The translations under genes and the position numbers were made by a program. Below, piece by piece: positions 12,066 through 23,935 of a stretch of DNA of 64,000 bases; positions within the stretch are counted from its first letter, which is position 1, and the number at the start of each line of letters is the position of its first letter. Source of the DNA: Chiloscyllium plagiosum (Eukaryota). The stretch is taken from NCBI RefSeq assembly GCF_004010195.1, contig NC_057718.1:13371549-13435548 (forward strand), in the 5' to 3' direction. The notes under the pieces were generated by a model that made no database searches, had not been told where the DNA came from, and saw nothing but the letters and a program-made list of their open reading frames with translations.

Positions 12066-13890
12066 ATGGCATCAGAAGTAATATTGCCAGAACGATTTAA
12101 TTGTGGAGGTAGATTAAGTAGAATACAGATATGGACATCTTTGAGAAAACAATCCTTAAGATAATAAGTAGCTTCTAAATTAGTTACTGAATCAGAAACT
12201 GAACAAGTAAGTATACTTTTAAATATAATTGGAAATATAGCTGATGACATTATGGCTCACCAAGAAGCAACAAATACTTTCAAGGAAATGCTGAGAATTG
12301 CTTTAATCTCAGAACAATTACAGTTCTTGGAAGGTCAAGATTAAGTAGAAGAATTCAGTGCTCATGAGAATCTGCAGATCATTTCATTAATGATCTTTAC
12401 TGGATAGTGATCAAATGTGATTATAGTGATTTAAAGTCGTCATTCATATTTAACAAAATTGTTTAAATTACTGATGAATCTTTGTCAGATTGATTACAAT
12501 CCAAAGAAAATTTCACTCTAGACAAAACCATACAGATGGTGAGTGGAATAGAAATCAATAATCACAAAGATCAATCCTCAGAGGAGAAGATCAATCTTGG
12601 AGCGGGAGATCAGCAGAGTCCACTCAATTCTTAATGTATAAAACCACAAAAAGGCACATGTGAGAGGTCAAAACAATGAATAGGACAGACACAAGACAGT
12701 GTCAAGCTCCTAAAATGGAACACTTTATTTGTCACACAATAAGTCACAAATAGCTACCCAAACAAAGCAGTTGAACAATCTATAAGTGAAGAAACCTTAG
12801 TGAATTCCTAATAGTAGAAAATCATGTTTTTTTAACAATCAAGAATGCTCACTCTTGAGTAGAAATGCATATCTTGACTTCAATCTTCAAATGGTAGAAG
12901 GAGTTAAATGAGTGAAAGTGCAGGTGAGGAACAGCCAGTCAAGGAACAGCTGGTCAAGAATTACCCAAAGGTCAACCAGTGGAAGATTTCATTTGACTTC
13001 CTGGGGCTGGACTCATGGCAGAGAATATGCAGATAACAGAAGCCATTTAGATTGGCCATGCTGGTAAATGAAATTAATTTCATACTGTCAATGAGATTGG
13101 AACTTGTAACTTGTATTTGCCACAGCTTTCATCACGAAGGGAATTTTACTAATAATGCAATCATTCACTGTGAATGTGAATATCCAAACCAATCAACAAA
13201 TGGAGGTAAAGGGCTGAATTTTATCAGTAATTGGCTAAGTATCAATTGTGGCAAGTTTCATGGAGGGGTTCTCTCCATGAGCGCTATTGAGGTTTCTCAC
13301 ACAATTCTCTAAAATGCTCTTTATTAGCTGTGCACGAAGGTCTCTAAGATGGAAATACTCCTGACTGCTGGGTTCTGGCATGTGCACCATTTCTAATGCC
13401 CATCCATGCAGTTAGTCAAGTAGTGCCCAGCTGGGAGCTGCCCTTCACAGTGCACACAGAGGGAGGGAAACCACAGGGCACAGAGATGCATGGATGATGC
13501 ATCATTGCAAATATAAGTGCACATTCATAATTCACCATGAATCTATAGGGAAATTCAGAATAAAAATCTCCAAAGATTGGAGATGTTATGAATACAACTC
13601 CATGGAAGCCACCACTGAGGAGTGATGACCAGAATCTCATGATCCAAGATAACTGCAAAGAAGGAAATTGCATATTTCATCAAAACCTTTTTCCTCCAAA
13701 AAAGGGAATCCAGGAGTCTGAAACTCCTCCAGTTTTAAGGGAGCTGTAGATCTCAGACTGTCAGGAGGAGGGTCAAAGACAACAGTGGACCATCTGGTTA
13801 GCCAACAGTTATGCAAGTTCGAAGAGAGTTCATTCCTGGAGCATAGTGAAACCACCAGGTTCACTGAACTTGTAAAGTCAGAGACTTGGG
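12066..13890 (+). mobile_element. Decayed, internally deleted Ty3/Gypsy LTR retrotransposon (gag and end of pol)
   Basis: Manual translation: MASEVILPERF...WTSLRKQSLR**VASKLVTESETEQVSILLNIIGNIADDIM...ESADHFINDLY...DESLSD*LQSKENFTLDKTIQMV (gag-like, with stops and frameshifts). Near 13840-13875, IVKPPGSLNL* followed by purine-rich ttgggggagatgg, typical of a pol end and polypurine tract. Confidence 0.65.
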
Positions 13891-14715
13891 GAGATGGGTA
13901 ATGGTAAATGTAATTATGTACACAGCCGTATGATACTACCAATGGAAATAATGCATGAGAATGGTCAATATTAGATATGGGTCAACAGGGTCTGAGGAAT
14001 TGTAGATTGTGATGCTCAAAGAGATGCTGGCAGCAAATCCAAGATATGGTGAGATGGAGACTTGGTTTCATTGCATATACACTAGCACTGTCATTCATGT
14101 TTCCTCTACACAAATCTTTTGTTTGTTATTTTTACCACTACCCATTACCACTTCAATTGGCCTCATACGCATTTTTCTTTAACCTCTCCTGCTCTCCAAC
14201 CTTATCATAGATCTTCCCTTTTGTTCTTCCTTGTCTTCTCACTTTCAAAGCATCTATTTTCTCTCATTTCTACTGAAAAATAGAAAAGTTGCAGCATTAA
14301 TGTTGTTTCTTTCTCCACAGACACAGCATTTCCAGTTTCCAGCATTTCTGATTCCCAGCATATACATCATCTTGCTTTTGAGTTACTCAAATACTACAGT
14401 TGACGACAGCAACACTGGCTCAAGCAGGGGAAATAATGTTAAAGGTACATCCTGTACCTACCACGCCTTCTGGAAAATATACACAATTGAGCATTAGGTG
14501 GGAACAAGGCTGCAGCCAGATGTGAAGCACCCAGTGTGGAACAGCGGGTTGAAATTCAATATCTTGGTTACCGTATGAAAAATGACCTCTGTTAGGAAAT
14601 ACTAACGGCTGCAGGTTCTAAGGGAAGGCTACCTCAGCACTTTTGAAGAGGAGACGCCAATCCTGAAGGAAGAAACTTGAGATTAATGTTAACTTATAGT
14701 TCAATGCTTTATGAG

Positions 14716-15215
14716 NNNNNNNNNNNNNNNNNNNNNNNNNNNNNNNNNNNNNNNNNNNNNNNNNNNNNNNNNNNNNNNNNNNNNNNNNNNNNNNNNNNNN
14801 NNNNNNNNNNNNNNNNNNNNNNNNNNNNNNNNNNNNNNNNNNNNNNNNNNNNNNNNNNNNNNNNNNNNNNNNNNNNNNNNNNNNNNNNNNNNNNNNNNNN
14901 NNNNNNNNNNNNNNNNNNNNNNNNNNNNNNNNNNNNNNNNNNNNNNNNNNNNNNNNNNNNNNNNNNNNNNNNNNNNNNNNNNNNNNNNNNNNNNNNNNNN
15001 NNNNNNNNNNNNNNNNNNNNNNNNNNNNNNNNNNNNNNNNNNNNNNNNNNNNNNNNNNNNNNNNNNNNNNNNNNNNNNNNNNNNNNNNNNNNNNNNNNNN
15101 NNNNNNNNNNNNNNNNNNNNNNNNNNNNNNNNNNNNNNNNNNNNNNNNNNNNNNNNNNNNNNNNNNNNNNNNNNNNNNNNNNNNNNNNNNNNNNNNNNNN
15201 NNNNNNNNNNNNNNN
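14716..15215. other. Assembly gap (500 N)
   Basis: Run of N. Confidence 1.
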
Positions 15216-15493
15216 TTATTCCTCATCAAATAAAGCAAAAAATTATTACTTTTGTTTATGGCGGTGTTTACTTGAATTGCTAATGTTTAATGAACCTGAA
15301 CCAATCTGCTCTTCCTCATCTCCAGGCCATTCCACATTCAAAATATAATTCTGAGTATTTCTTTACCACTTAACAATTACTGCCCATTCCACCATCTCAT
15401 CATTATCTCCATTCATCTTAATTTGGTTGTTATAACTACTTACTCTATCACTGTGTCAGTATTGCCTGCATCTTTGGAAATCATGCTTCCTAG

Positions 15494-16108
15494 TGTTATG
15501 GACCAGACCAGACCCTCCCAAAATAATTTAAGAAGGTAGCCTAGATCCTAACTTTCCCTTATTTTAAAAGCAAGTGTAAAGTGTTGTGTTCCAGATGCAA
15601 TTCAGCTGGTCAAACTGCTCGACATTGAGCAAAACACAATTTATTCAAACACTACAGTTAAACTACAACAAAAGAAAGAAAAACTTAGAATAACTTAACT
15701 CTATTGGAAAACTTAGAATAATAAATACATTAACTATTACTAATTAACATAAAGACACCCCTTGGGAAAAAGGCAAATTCAGAAAACAAATTTTCTCACA
15801 TGTAACACCTGCAATAGGAAAAGAAACCAAGCTTCTAACTGTAATCAAGAGAGGGGGGGAAATAACTTCTACTTCTTCAAACCTCCAGCAGCTTCTGCTG
15901 AATCAGAAGCTTAAAAAACTAGAAATCCTGGTCTGTGAGACCTAACCACACTTATCCAGGCTGCTTCTATTGGTCCCACTTTAAAAAAAACTCGAGACCT
16001 CACAAGCTTTTCACATTACCACATACTGTTCGTGACCACTTGTTCAATCTCTCTCTTTAAAACAATTAGGACAAAAAAAACACCTCTTAAAGCTACAGCA
16101 TCACTACA
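15494..16108. mobile_element. Probable solo LTR
   Basis: ~610 bp bounded by TG(TTATG)...(ACTA)CA, with imperfect 4-bp flanks ctag/caag; no coding content. Confidence 0.45.
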
Positions 16109-18441
16109 CAAGCCCCTACATAACAACAACTTGTATTTTATACCTCCTTTAGCGTAATTAAATGTTTCCACAGGCACATTATAAAACAAAATATGGCACT
16201 AAGAGATGTTAGAAGACATTAGGTCAGAAAACCATAGATATGGTCAAAGATTTGAAATGTTTAAAAGGGGGAAAGCAAGGTGGAGAGGCAGAAGGGTGAG
16301 GAGAGGGGATGGAATTCAGAGCCACCAATGGTGAAACAATTAAACTTGAGAATGCACAAGAGGTCAGACTTAGAGCTGTGCAGATACTCAGAAGACACTG
16401 AGTCGGAGAAGATTAGACAGAGAGGAGAAAAGCCTATATCTGTGACCAAGCTTTGGTCATCATTGCCAAACATCCTAACTTTACATTCCCGTAAAGTATC
16501 CTGGCATGTTTTATTGCATTAAATGTGCTAAATAAATAAAGCTATCTTTAAAAGAGCATGTTACAATTCAGAGTGCCCTAAAACCATGGATTTTGATGCA
16601 GGCCTTGGTATTTCCAAACAAATATGTTTATTCTTTTCCTTCTTTATTTGAACGTAGAAGGAAGTACCAACACAAGTAAAATATTTCAAATTATAAACCT
16701 TTAATGTCATTGGCTTGAATTTCAGCTTCAGGTTATCTGTAGCTTGTGAAGGAATATGAGGGAGGTTACAGAGTGGTAAATCTATTTAATTGAATGTTAT
16801 ATGGCTTTTGAGCAGGATTTATATGTCTGACTATGCAATATTAATACAATAATATCATTATAATTTGTTGGCTGCAAAGCATTGATATTAATTCTAAAAA
16901 AATGTTGACTAATTTTGTGTATCAAGTTCAAACAATGTAGGGTAACATGATTTCCTTAATAACTGACCTATGTGCAATGTGCAAACTAATGGAAATTTTA
17001 ATTAAGTTTAGATTTGTTTGAGATGAAAATCTCAATTTATTCTCAATATCTGAACTGCATTGGCATAGAAGTGTTGGAAGCATATAATGTTACAACACAA
17101 AATGAGATTGCTCAGTTCAGCCTAAAATTACAGGATCTTTGGAAAAATTATCCAGATAATATGTTCATTTCAATTTAGTTAGACATCCTTGGTGATCGCT
17201 ATTAAGAAGATGGTGGTGAGCTACCTTCTTGAAACGCTGTAATCCATGTTGTGTAGGGACACCCACAATGCTGTTAGGGTGGGGGTGACAGGATTTTGAC
17301 CCAGTGAGACTGAAGGAATAGCAATACAATTCCAATTCAGGCTAATGTGTGGTTGGAGAGAAATTTGTAGAAGGTGGTGAGGGGCCAGTCAAGAGGACTG
17401 CTGTGTCCTGGATAGTGCACAACCTCTCGAATATTGTTGGCTCTGCACTTATGCAGGCGATTGGAGAGTATTCTATTACACACCTGATTTGTGTCTGGAG
17501 GTTAACCCTTCGTTCTCTATATTCTAGTCAGAAAGCCCAGCACCCCTTTTAATCTTTGAAGAACCTTAACAACTTGTTCTGCTAACATCAAAGATTTACC
17601 CATGTCAGCCATTCATCAACATACCCTCAACACCTTGTCTTTTAAAATTGTACCTTCAGAAATTGCCAGAAATAAATTTATCCATAGGTTTGGCAGATTA
17701 TGTATAAACAATCAGATACAAGGTGTTCGAATTAGAACGATCTCCCTAGTTACAAAACTGAACTCCAATATTTATTGGCTTTATCTTTCGACAATCCCAT
17801 CAGAAATGAGATGCACAGTTAGGGTTAGGACTGTGACAATAACCTCCTGAGAGATGATTCCTCAACAATGAGTTGTCAGAACCAATATTCGGACATTGTA
17901 AAGAGTGGGATATTGTATTGTGTTCTGTGAATTGTCCCAGTGCAGCCACAGTGAGAGCTTGCTACATGATTAGTATTTATTAGAAGAGATATATGTAATG
18001 GTGAGTGAGCACAAGGTAGCAATCATTGTGTCATCTCCTGGACCTTTTGAATAATTGCTGTCTTGTTGTACACTCCCTACCATGTACTATTCTATATAAA
18101 TTAGCAACTTGAAATTGTAATGATAGCAAGCGCAATTGTGAAAGATCCCAATTGTTTCCATTCAATTCAATGGAACAAATTTACCTCTAAAATAATTGAA
18201 AGAAAGTATGGAACAAACATTGTTTGAAGCTCCAAAAGATTTAAGAGTGAGAAAACCTGCAAAATTTAACATTCTTTGAGCCTATTTTGGAACATTACAA
18301 AGAAAAATCAATTTTAATTTTCTTCTACTGCACAGGGCATCCCTACAAGTATTGACACCATCCTGGGGATGCTGTGAAAATATCGACACATTCCTCTGCA
18401 GCTGGGCTAGGATGTGGGCAGTGGAAAGTACCTAGAAGTCC

Positions 18442-20928
18442 ATAAGACCATAAGACATAGGAGCGGAAGTAAGGCAATTCGGCCCATCGAGCCCACTCTG
18501 CCATTCAATCATGGCTGATGGGCATTTCAACTCCACTTACCCACATTCTCCCCGTAGCCCTTAATTCCTTGTGACATCAAGAATTTATCAATTTCTGCCT
18601 TGAAGACATTTAGTGTCCCAGCCTCCACTGCACTCTGTGGCAATGAATTCCACAGGCCCACCACTCTCTGACTGAAGAAATGTCTCTGCATTTCTGTTCG
18701 GAATTTACCCCCTCTAATTCTGAGGCTGTGTCCACGGGTTCTAGTCTCCTCGCCTAACAATTTTCTAGCGTCCACCCTCTCCAAGCCATGTATTATCTTG
18801 TAAGTTTCTATTAGATCTCCCCTTAATCTCCTAAACTCCAATGAATACAATCCCAGGATCCTCAGCCGTTCCTCATATGTTAGACCTACCATTCCAGGAA
18901 TCATCCGTGTGAATCTCTGCTGGTCACGCTCGAGTGCCAGTATGTCCTTCCTGAGGTGTGGGGACCAAAACTGGATACAGTACTCCAAATGGGGCCTAAC
19001 CAGAGCTTTATAAAGTCTCAGTAGCACAACAGTGCTTTTATATTCCAACCCTCTTGAGATAATTGACAACATTGCATTCGCTTTCTTAATCACGGACTCA
19101 AACTGCATCTTTACCTTTAGAGAATCCTCAACTAGCACTCTCAGATCCCTCTGTAATTTGGCTTTACGAATTTTCTCACCGTTTAGAAAGTAGTCCATGC
19201 TTGTATTCTTTTTTCCAAAGTGCAAGACCTCGAATTTGCTCACGTTGAATTCCATCAGCCATTTCCTGGACCACTCTTCCAAATTGTCTAGATCCTTCTG
19301 CAGCCTCCCCACTTCCTCAGTACTACCAGCCTGTCCACCTAACTTTGTATCATCGGCAAACTTCGCTAGAATGCCTCCAGTCCCTTCATCCAGATCATTA
19401 ATATATAATGCGAACAGCTGCGACCCCAGCACTGAACCCTGCGGGACACTGCTTGTCACCGGCTGCCATTCTGAAAAAGAACCTTTTATCCCAACTCTCT
19501 GCCTTCTGTCAGACAGCTAATCCTCAATCCATACCAGTAGCTCACATCGATCACCATGGGCCCTCACCTTGCTCAGCAGCCTCCCGTGTGGCATCTTATC
19601 GAAGGCCTTTTGGAAGTCTAGATAGACCACATCCACTGGGTCTCCCTGGTCTAACCTACTTGTCACCTCTTCAAAGAACTCCAACAGGTTTGTCAGGCAT
19701 GACCTCCCCTTACTAAATCCATGTTGACTTGTTCTAATCCGACCCTGCTCTTCCAAGAATTTAGAAACTTCATCCTTAATTATGGATTCTAGAATTTTAC
19801 CAACAACCGAGGTTAGGCTAATTGGCCTATAATTTTCCATCTTTTGCCTTGATCCTTTCTTGAACAAGGGGGTTACAACAGTGATCTTCCAATCATCCGG
19901 GACTTTCCCTGACTCCAGTGACTTTTGAAAGATCTCAACCAACGCCTCCACTATTTCCTCAGCCACCTCCCTCAGAACTCGAGGATGTAGCCCATCAAGT
20001 ACTTATTAAGTTCTCCAGCTATTTCCTTATCTCCCATCATTAGGCTTCCAGCATCAGTTTGAAGTGGCCCATTGTTTTACTTTTGCCTGTCGTTTGTTTC
20101 TTATGTATTGAAAGAAACTTTTAGTATCATTTCTAATATTACTGGCTAGCCTACCTTCATATTTGATCCTCTCCTTCCTTATTTCTCTCTTTGTTATCCT
20201 CTGTTTGTTTTTGTAGCCTTCCCAATCTTCTGATTTCCCAGTGCTCTTGGCCACTTTATAGGATCTCTCTTTTTCCTTGATAGATTTCCTGACTTCCTTT
20301 GTCAGCCATGGCTGTCTAATCCCTCCCCGGAGAATCTTTCTCTTTTTGGGGATGAACCTCTGTACAGTGTCCTCAATTTTACCCACAAACTCCTGCCATT
20401 TTTGCTCTCCTGTCTTCCCTGCTAGGCTCTGCTTCCAATCTATTTTTGTCAGTTCCTCTCTCATGCCCTCATAATTACCTTTATTTAACTGTAACACAAT
20501 TACATCTGATTTTGCCTTCTCTCTTTCAAACTGCAGACTGAACTCTACCATATTATGATCGCTGCTTCCTAAGTGTTCCCTTACTTTAAGATTTTTTTAA
20601 AAGTCTGGTTCATTACATAGCACTAGGTCCAGAATAGCCTGCTCCCTTGTGGGCTCCATGACAAGCTGTTCCAAAAAGCCATCCTGTAAGCATTCCATGA
20701 ATTCCCTTTCTTTGGATCCACTGGCAACATTATTTACCCAGTCCACCTGCATATTGAAGTCTCCCATGAACACCGTGACCTTGCCTTTCTGACATGCCTT
20801 CTCTATTTCCCGGTACATGTTGCGCCCCAGGTCCTGACCACTGTTAGGAGGTCTGTACATAACTCCCACTATGGTTTTTTTGCTTTTGTGGTTCCTCAAT
20901 TCCACCCACATACACTCCACATCATCTA
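18442..20928 (-). mobile_element. Relatively young 5'-truncated CR1 LINE (APE C-terminal part and RT)
   Basis: ORFs 20597-20920 (MGDFN, APE), 20054-20551, 19517-19966 (NYRPISLTS, DFQKAFD) and 18527-19459 (PQGSVLG, FADD). Tail (cataagac)n at the left end; few disablements; internal deletion near 19997. Confidence 0.95.
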
Positions 20929-21228
20929 TGGAAGTCTATGGTCTTCCCACTACCAATGTGTACTTCCAGAAGGAGATGGCCAGATACCTAATCGCCTTAA
21001 CTGACAATCAGCAGTGCCTACCTGCTCCTGTCGGCATTTTACCCAGACACAGGGAGATCACTGGATGGATCAAGGTGAGCTGGTGTGTTTCTGTGTAGCT
21101 GACCCTTTAAGGTTGTCTTGTGGCTCAGTAGGGGTGTTTACCAAACTCCATCAATGGCTGACCATCCTCCTCCCCACCCAAACTGCCAGTGTGTTAAATA
21201 AAAGAAAATCCACCTGTCCATCTAGAGT

Positions 21229-21407
21229 AAAAACTGAAGGAACTGCAGATGCTATAAATCAGAAACAAAAACAGAAATTGCTGGAAAAGCTCAGCAGGTC
21301 TGGCTGCATCTGTGGGATGAAATCAGAGCTAACATTTTGGGTCCAGTAACTCTTCCTCAGAACCTGACTTCCTGCTGAGCTTTTCCAGCCACTTCTGATT
21401 TTGTTCC
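21229..21407. mobile_element. Short PLE-derived fold-back insertion with 11-bp TSD
   Basis: ccatctagagt at 21218-21228 and 21408-21418; decayed hammerhead on the minus strand near 21330-21362. Confidence 0.75.
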
Positions 21408-22256
21408 CCATCTAGAGTGCCTGAACATGGAGACACCCTGATGCTGCAGAGTGGCCACCTCTATCAGTGCTACAGCTGGCCTTATCATTAGGTCACTGAG
21501 GTCACTACCAACAACACCGTGAAAGGCACTACATAAATGCAATTTCATCCTGATTAAATGCCAGCAACAAAATCTTGTCAAAAACAAAGGACCAGGATTA
21601 CTTGAAATGCTGTGTCTTCGACATGAAGGTCATGCCCAAGACAGGTGGAATCTGACTTGATGATCTCAGAAAGCCCCTTGAAAAACCTTTGGACCAGGCC
21701 TTTCCAAAACATCAGCTGTTTTTCTAAGTTGATTTGTGTGCTAAGGTTTTGGAGGTGTGAGGTCAGAGGTCGCAAGGGCTTCAACTGATTTCTGACAGTC
21801 AGGAGGCCATTTCACATTTTTGTTTCTTTGTTGTGAGCGGATGTGGCCTAATTTGGCCAGATTCCTGAGGCCTGATTGCAGTTGCAAATCCAAAAGCCCG
21901 TGGAAAGGAATCTTTTTCATTCTTTTATTATAAAAATCTTGCCTTTCCGTGTGCAGCAGGACCTGGAAAATATCCAAGGATTGGCTGAAAATTGGCAATT
22001 AATGATCACACCACACAACAGTTTGGAAACAGTTAGCACAGATGCTGTCCGACCTGTTGAGTTCCTCCAGCACTTTCTGTGTTTGTTTCTGATTTCCAGC
22101 ATCCGTTGCATTTTCCTTTAATCTCCAGGCCATTAGTCCTAGGCCTGTCAATTACTAATCCATTGATATTACCACCATGTTATCTTCCCCAGATAAAAAG
22201 GCTTTATATAACCCTTAGGATTAAGTGAACAACATATTCAATTCCTTTGTCACGAG

Positions 22257-22578
22257 ATTAGATTAGATTAGATTAGATTACTTTACAGTGTGGAAACAGG
22301 CCCTTCGGCCCAACAAGTCCACACCGACCCGCCGAAGCGTAACCCACCCATACCCCTACATTTACCCCTTACCCAACACTACGGGCAATTTAGCATGGCC
22401 AATTCACCTGATCTGCACATCTTTGGACTGTGGGAGGAAACCGGAGCACCCGGAGGAAACCCACGCAGACACGGGGAGAACGTGCAAACTCCACACAGTC
22501 AGTCGCCTGAGGCGGGAATTGAACCCGGATCTCTGGCGCTGCGAGGCAGCAGTGCTAACCACTGTGCCACCGTGCCGC
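22257..22578 (-). mobile_element. Full-length young HE1/V-SINE-like SINE
   Basis: Intact A/B-box-like head, CpGs retained, (gatta)n tail on the plus strand. Confidence 0.92.
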
Positions 22579-22724
22579 CAATATCAGTACTGCTGTAACA
22601 TCATCCAATCTTCATCCTTTAGTAAAGTGACTGATAGGATAACTAGATCACAAAGGTGAGAAGAGAGTGCCTGGCATTGACATCCAAGTATGGCATCAAG
22701 GAGCCTGAGCAAAATGGCAATGGT

Positions 22725-23680
22725 CTCGTGGTATTATCACTGGACTACTAATCTAGAGACCCACGTACTGTTCTGGGGACTCGGGTTCAAATCCTGCAAA
22801 GGCAGATGGTGGAATTTGCATCTGATAAAAATCTGGAATTAAGAGTCTGAATGATGGCCATGGATTACTTGTGATTGTCAGGGAAAACCCACCTGATTCA
22901 CTAATGGGGTTGACTCAGCAATAAATACTGAGTTAGTGACATCCATGAATCAAAAGAAAAATCAGTGGGAATCAAGAGTTAAACACTCTTACTGATTGGA
23001 GTCATATCTGGCTCAAAAGCTTCATGTCAGCCATCTCAGCTCCAAAATATCTCTGTACGAGTTCCTCAGGGTAGTGTCTAGGCCCAACCATCTTCAGCTG
23101 CTTCATGACCCTTCCCTCCATCATAAGGTCAGAAGTGGGGATGCTCAATGATGATTGAACAATGTTCAGCACCATTCACTAATGTCCATTATGTGGGTGA
23201 CCGAAGCAGTCCATGTTCAAATGCAAGAAAACCTGGACAATATCCAATCTGGGCGAACAAGTGTCATGTAAGATTCTCAATGACCATCTCCAATAAAAGA
23301 CAATCCAACCACCATCCCTTGACATTCAATGGTGTTACCACCACTGAATCCCTGACTATTAACATCCTGGGGGTTGCCATTGCCAAGAAACTCAACTTGA
23401 TTTGCCACATAAATACAGTGGCTACAAAAGCAGGTCAGAAGCTAGGAATTATGGGTCTAATGACAACAATGAATCCATTGTCAATTGTCAGAAAGCCCCA
23501 TCTGGTTCGCTAATGCCCTTTAGGGAAGGAAACTGACATCCCTACCTGGTTTAGCTTACACGTGACTCCAGACCCACAGCAATGTGGTTGACTCTTAACT
23601 GCCCTCTGGTCAAATTAGGAATGGGCAATAAATGTTGCCTAACCAGCAATGCCCACAGACCATGAACGAATAAAAAAGAA
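22725..23680 (+). mobile_element. Cluster of tRNA-derived SINE pieces and a CR1/L2-type RT fragment
   Basis: SINE head 'gtggtattatcactggacta...gggttcaaatcc' (also at 42120-42420 and 10000-10370 minus). RT remnant 'gttcctcagggtagtgtc' (VPQGS), homologous to 36900-37560 (minus). Confidence 0.65.
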
Positions 23681-23714
23681 AAATACACAATTCTAATAAT
23701 GTACAATAAAAAAA

Positions 23715-23935
23715 TAAAGTCACAATAGTCCTACCAGACCACAGGGCTGTTCTCTCATTAGAGAGAGATGACTGGTGGTGAATTAACCCAAGGGTCACCA
23801 TGCCTCAGGTGAGGGGACAGGTTGACAAGGAGAGTCCTGCATAATAACCTCAGCCAGTGTAGGAATTGAACCTACTCTGGCATCACTCTGTGGTACAAAC
23901 AGGCCATCCAGCCAACTGAGCTCACTGACCCTAAT
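23715..23935 (-). mobile_element. LF-SINE-like SINE
   Basis: Reverse complement of the element at 32720-33078 ('ctctaatgagagagcagcc...gactatggtgactttact'). Confidence 0.6.

Noticed and set aside
14618..15348. Long ORFs of 190-223 aa
   Set aside because: Artefacts of translating through the 500-N gap.
18527..19459. 310-aa RT ORF as a host gene or active element
   Set aside because: Part of a 5'-truncated CR1 with stops, frameshifts and an internal deletion.
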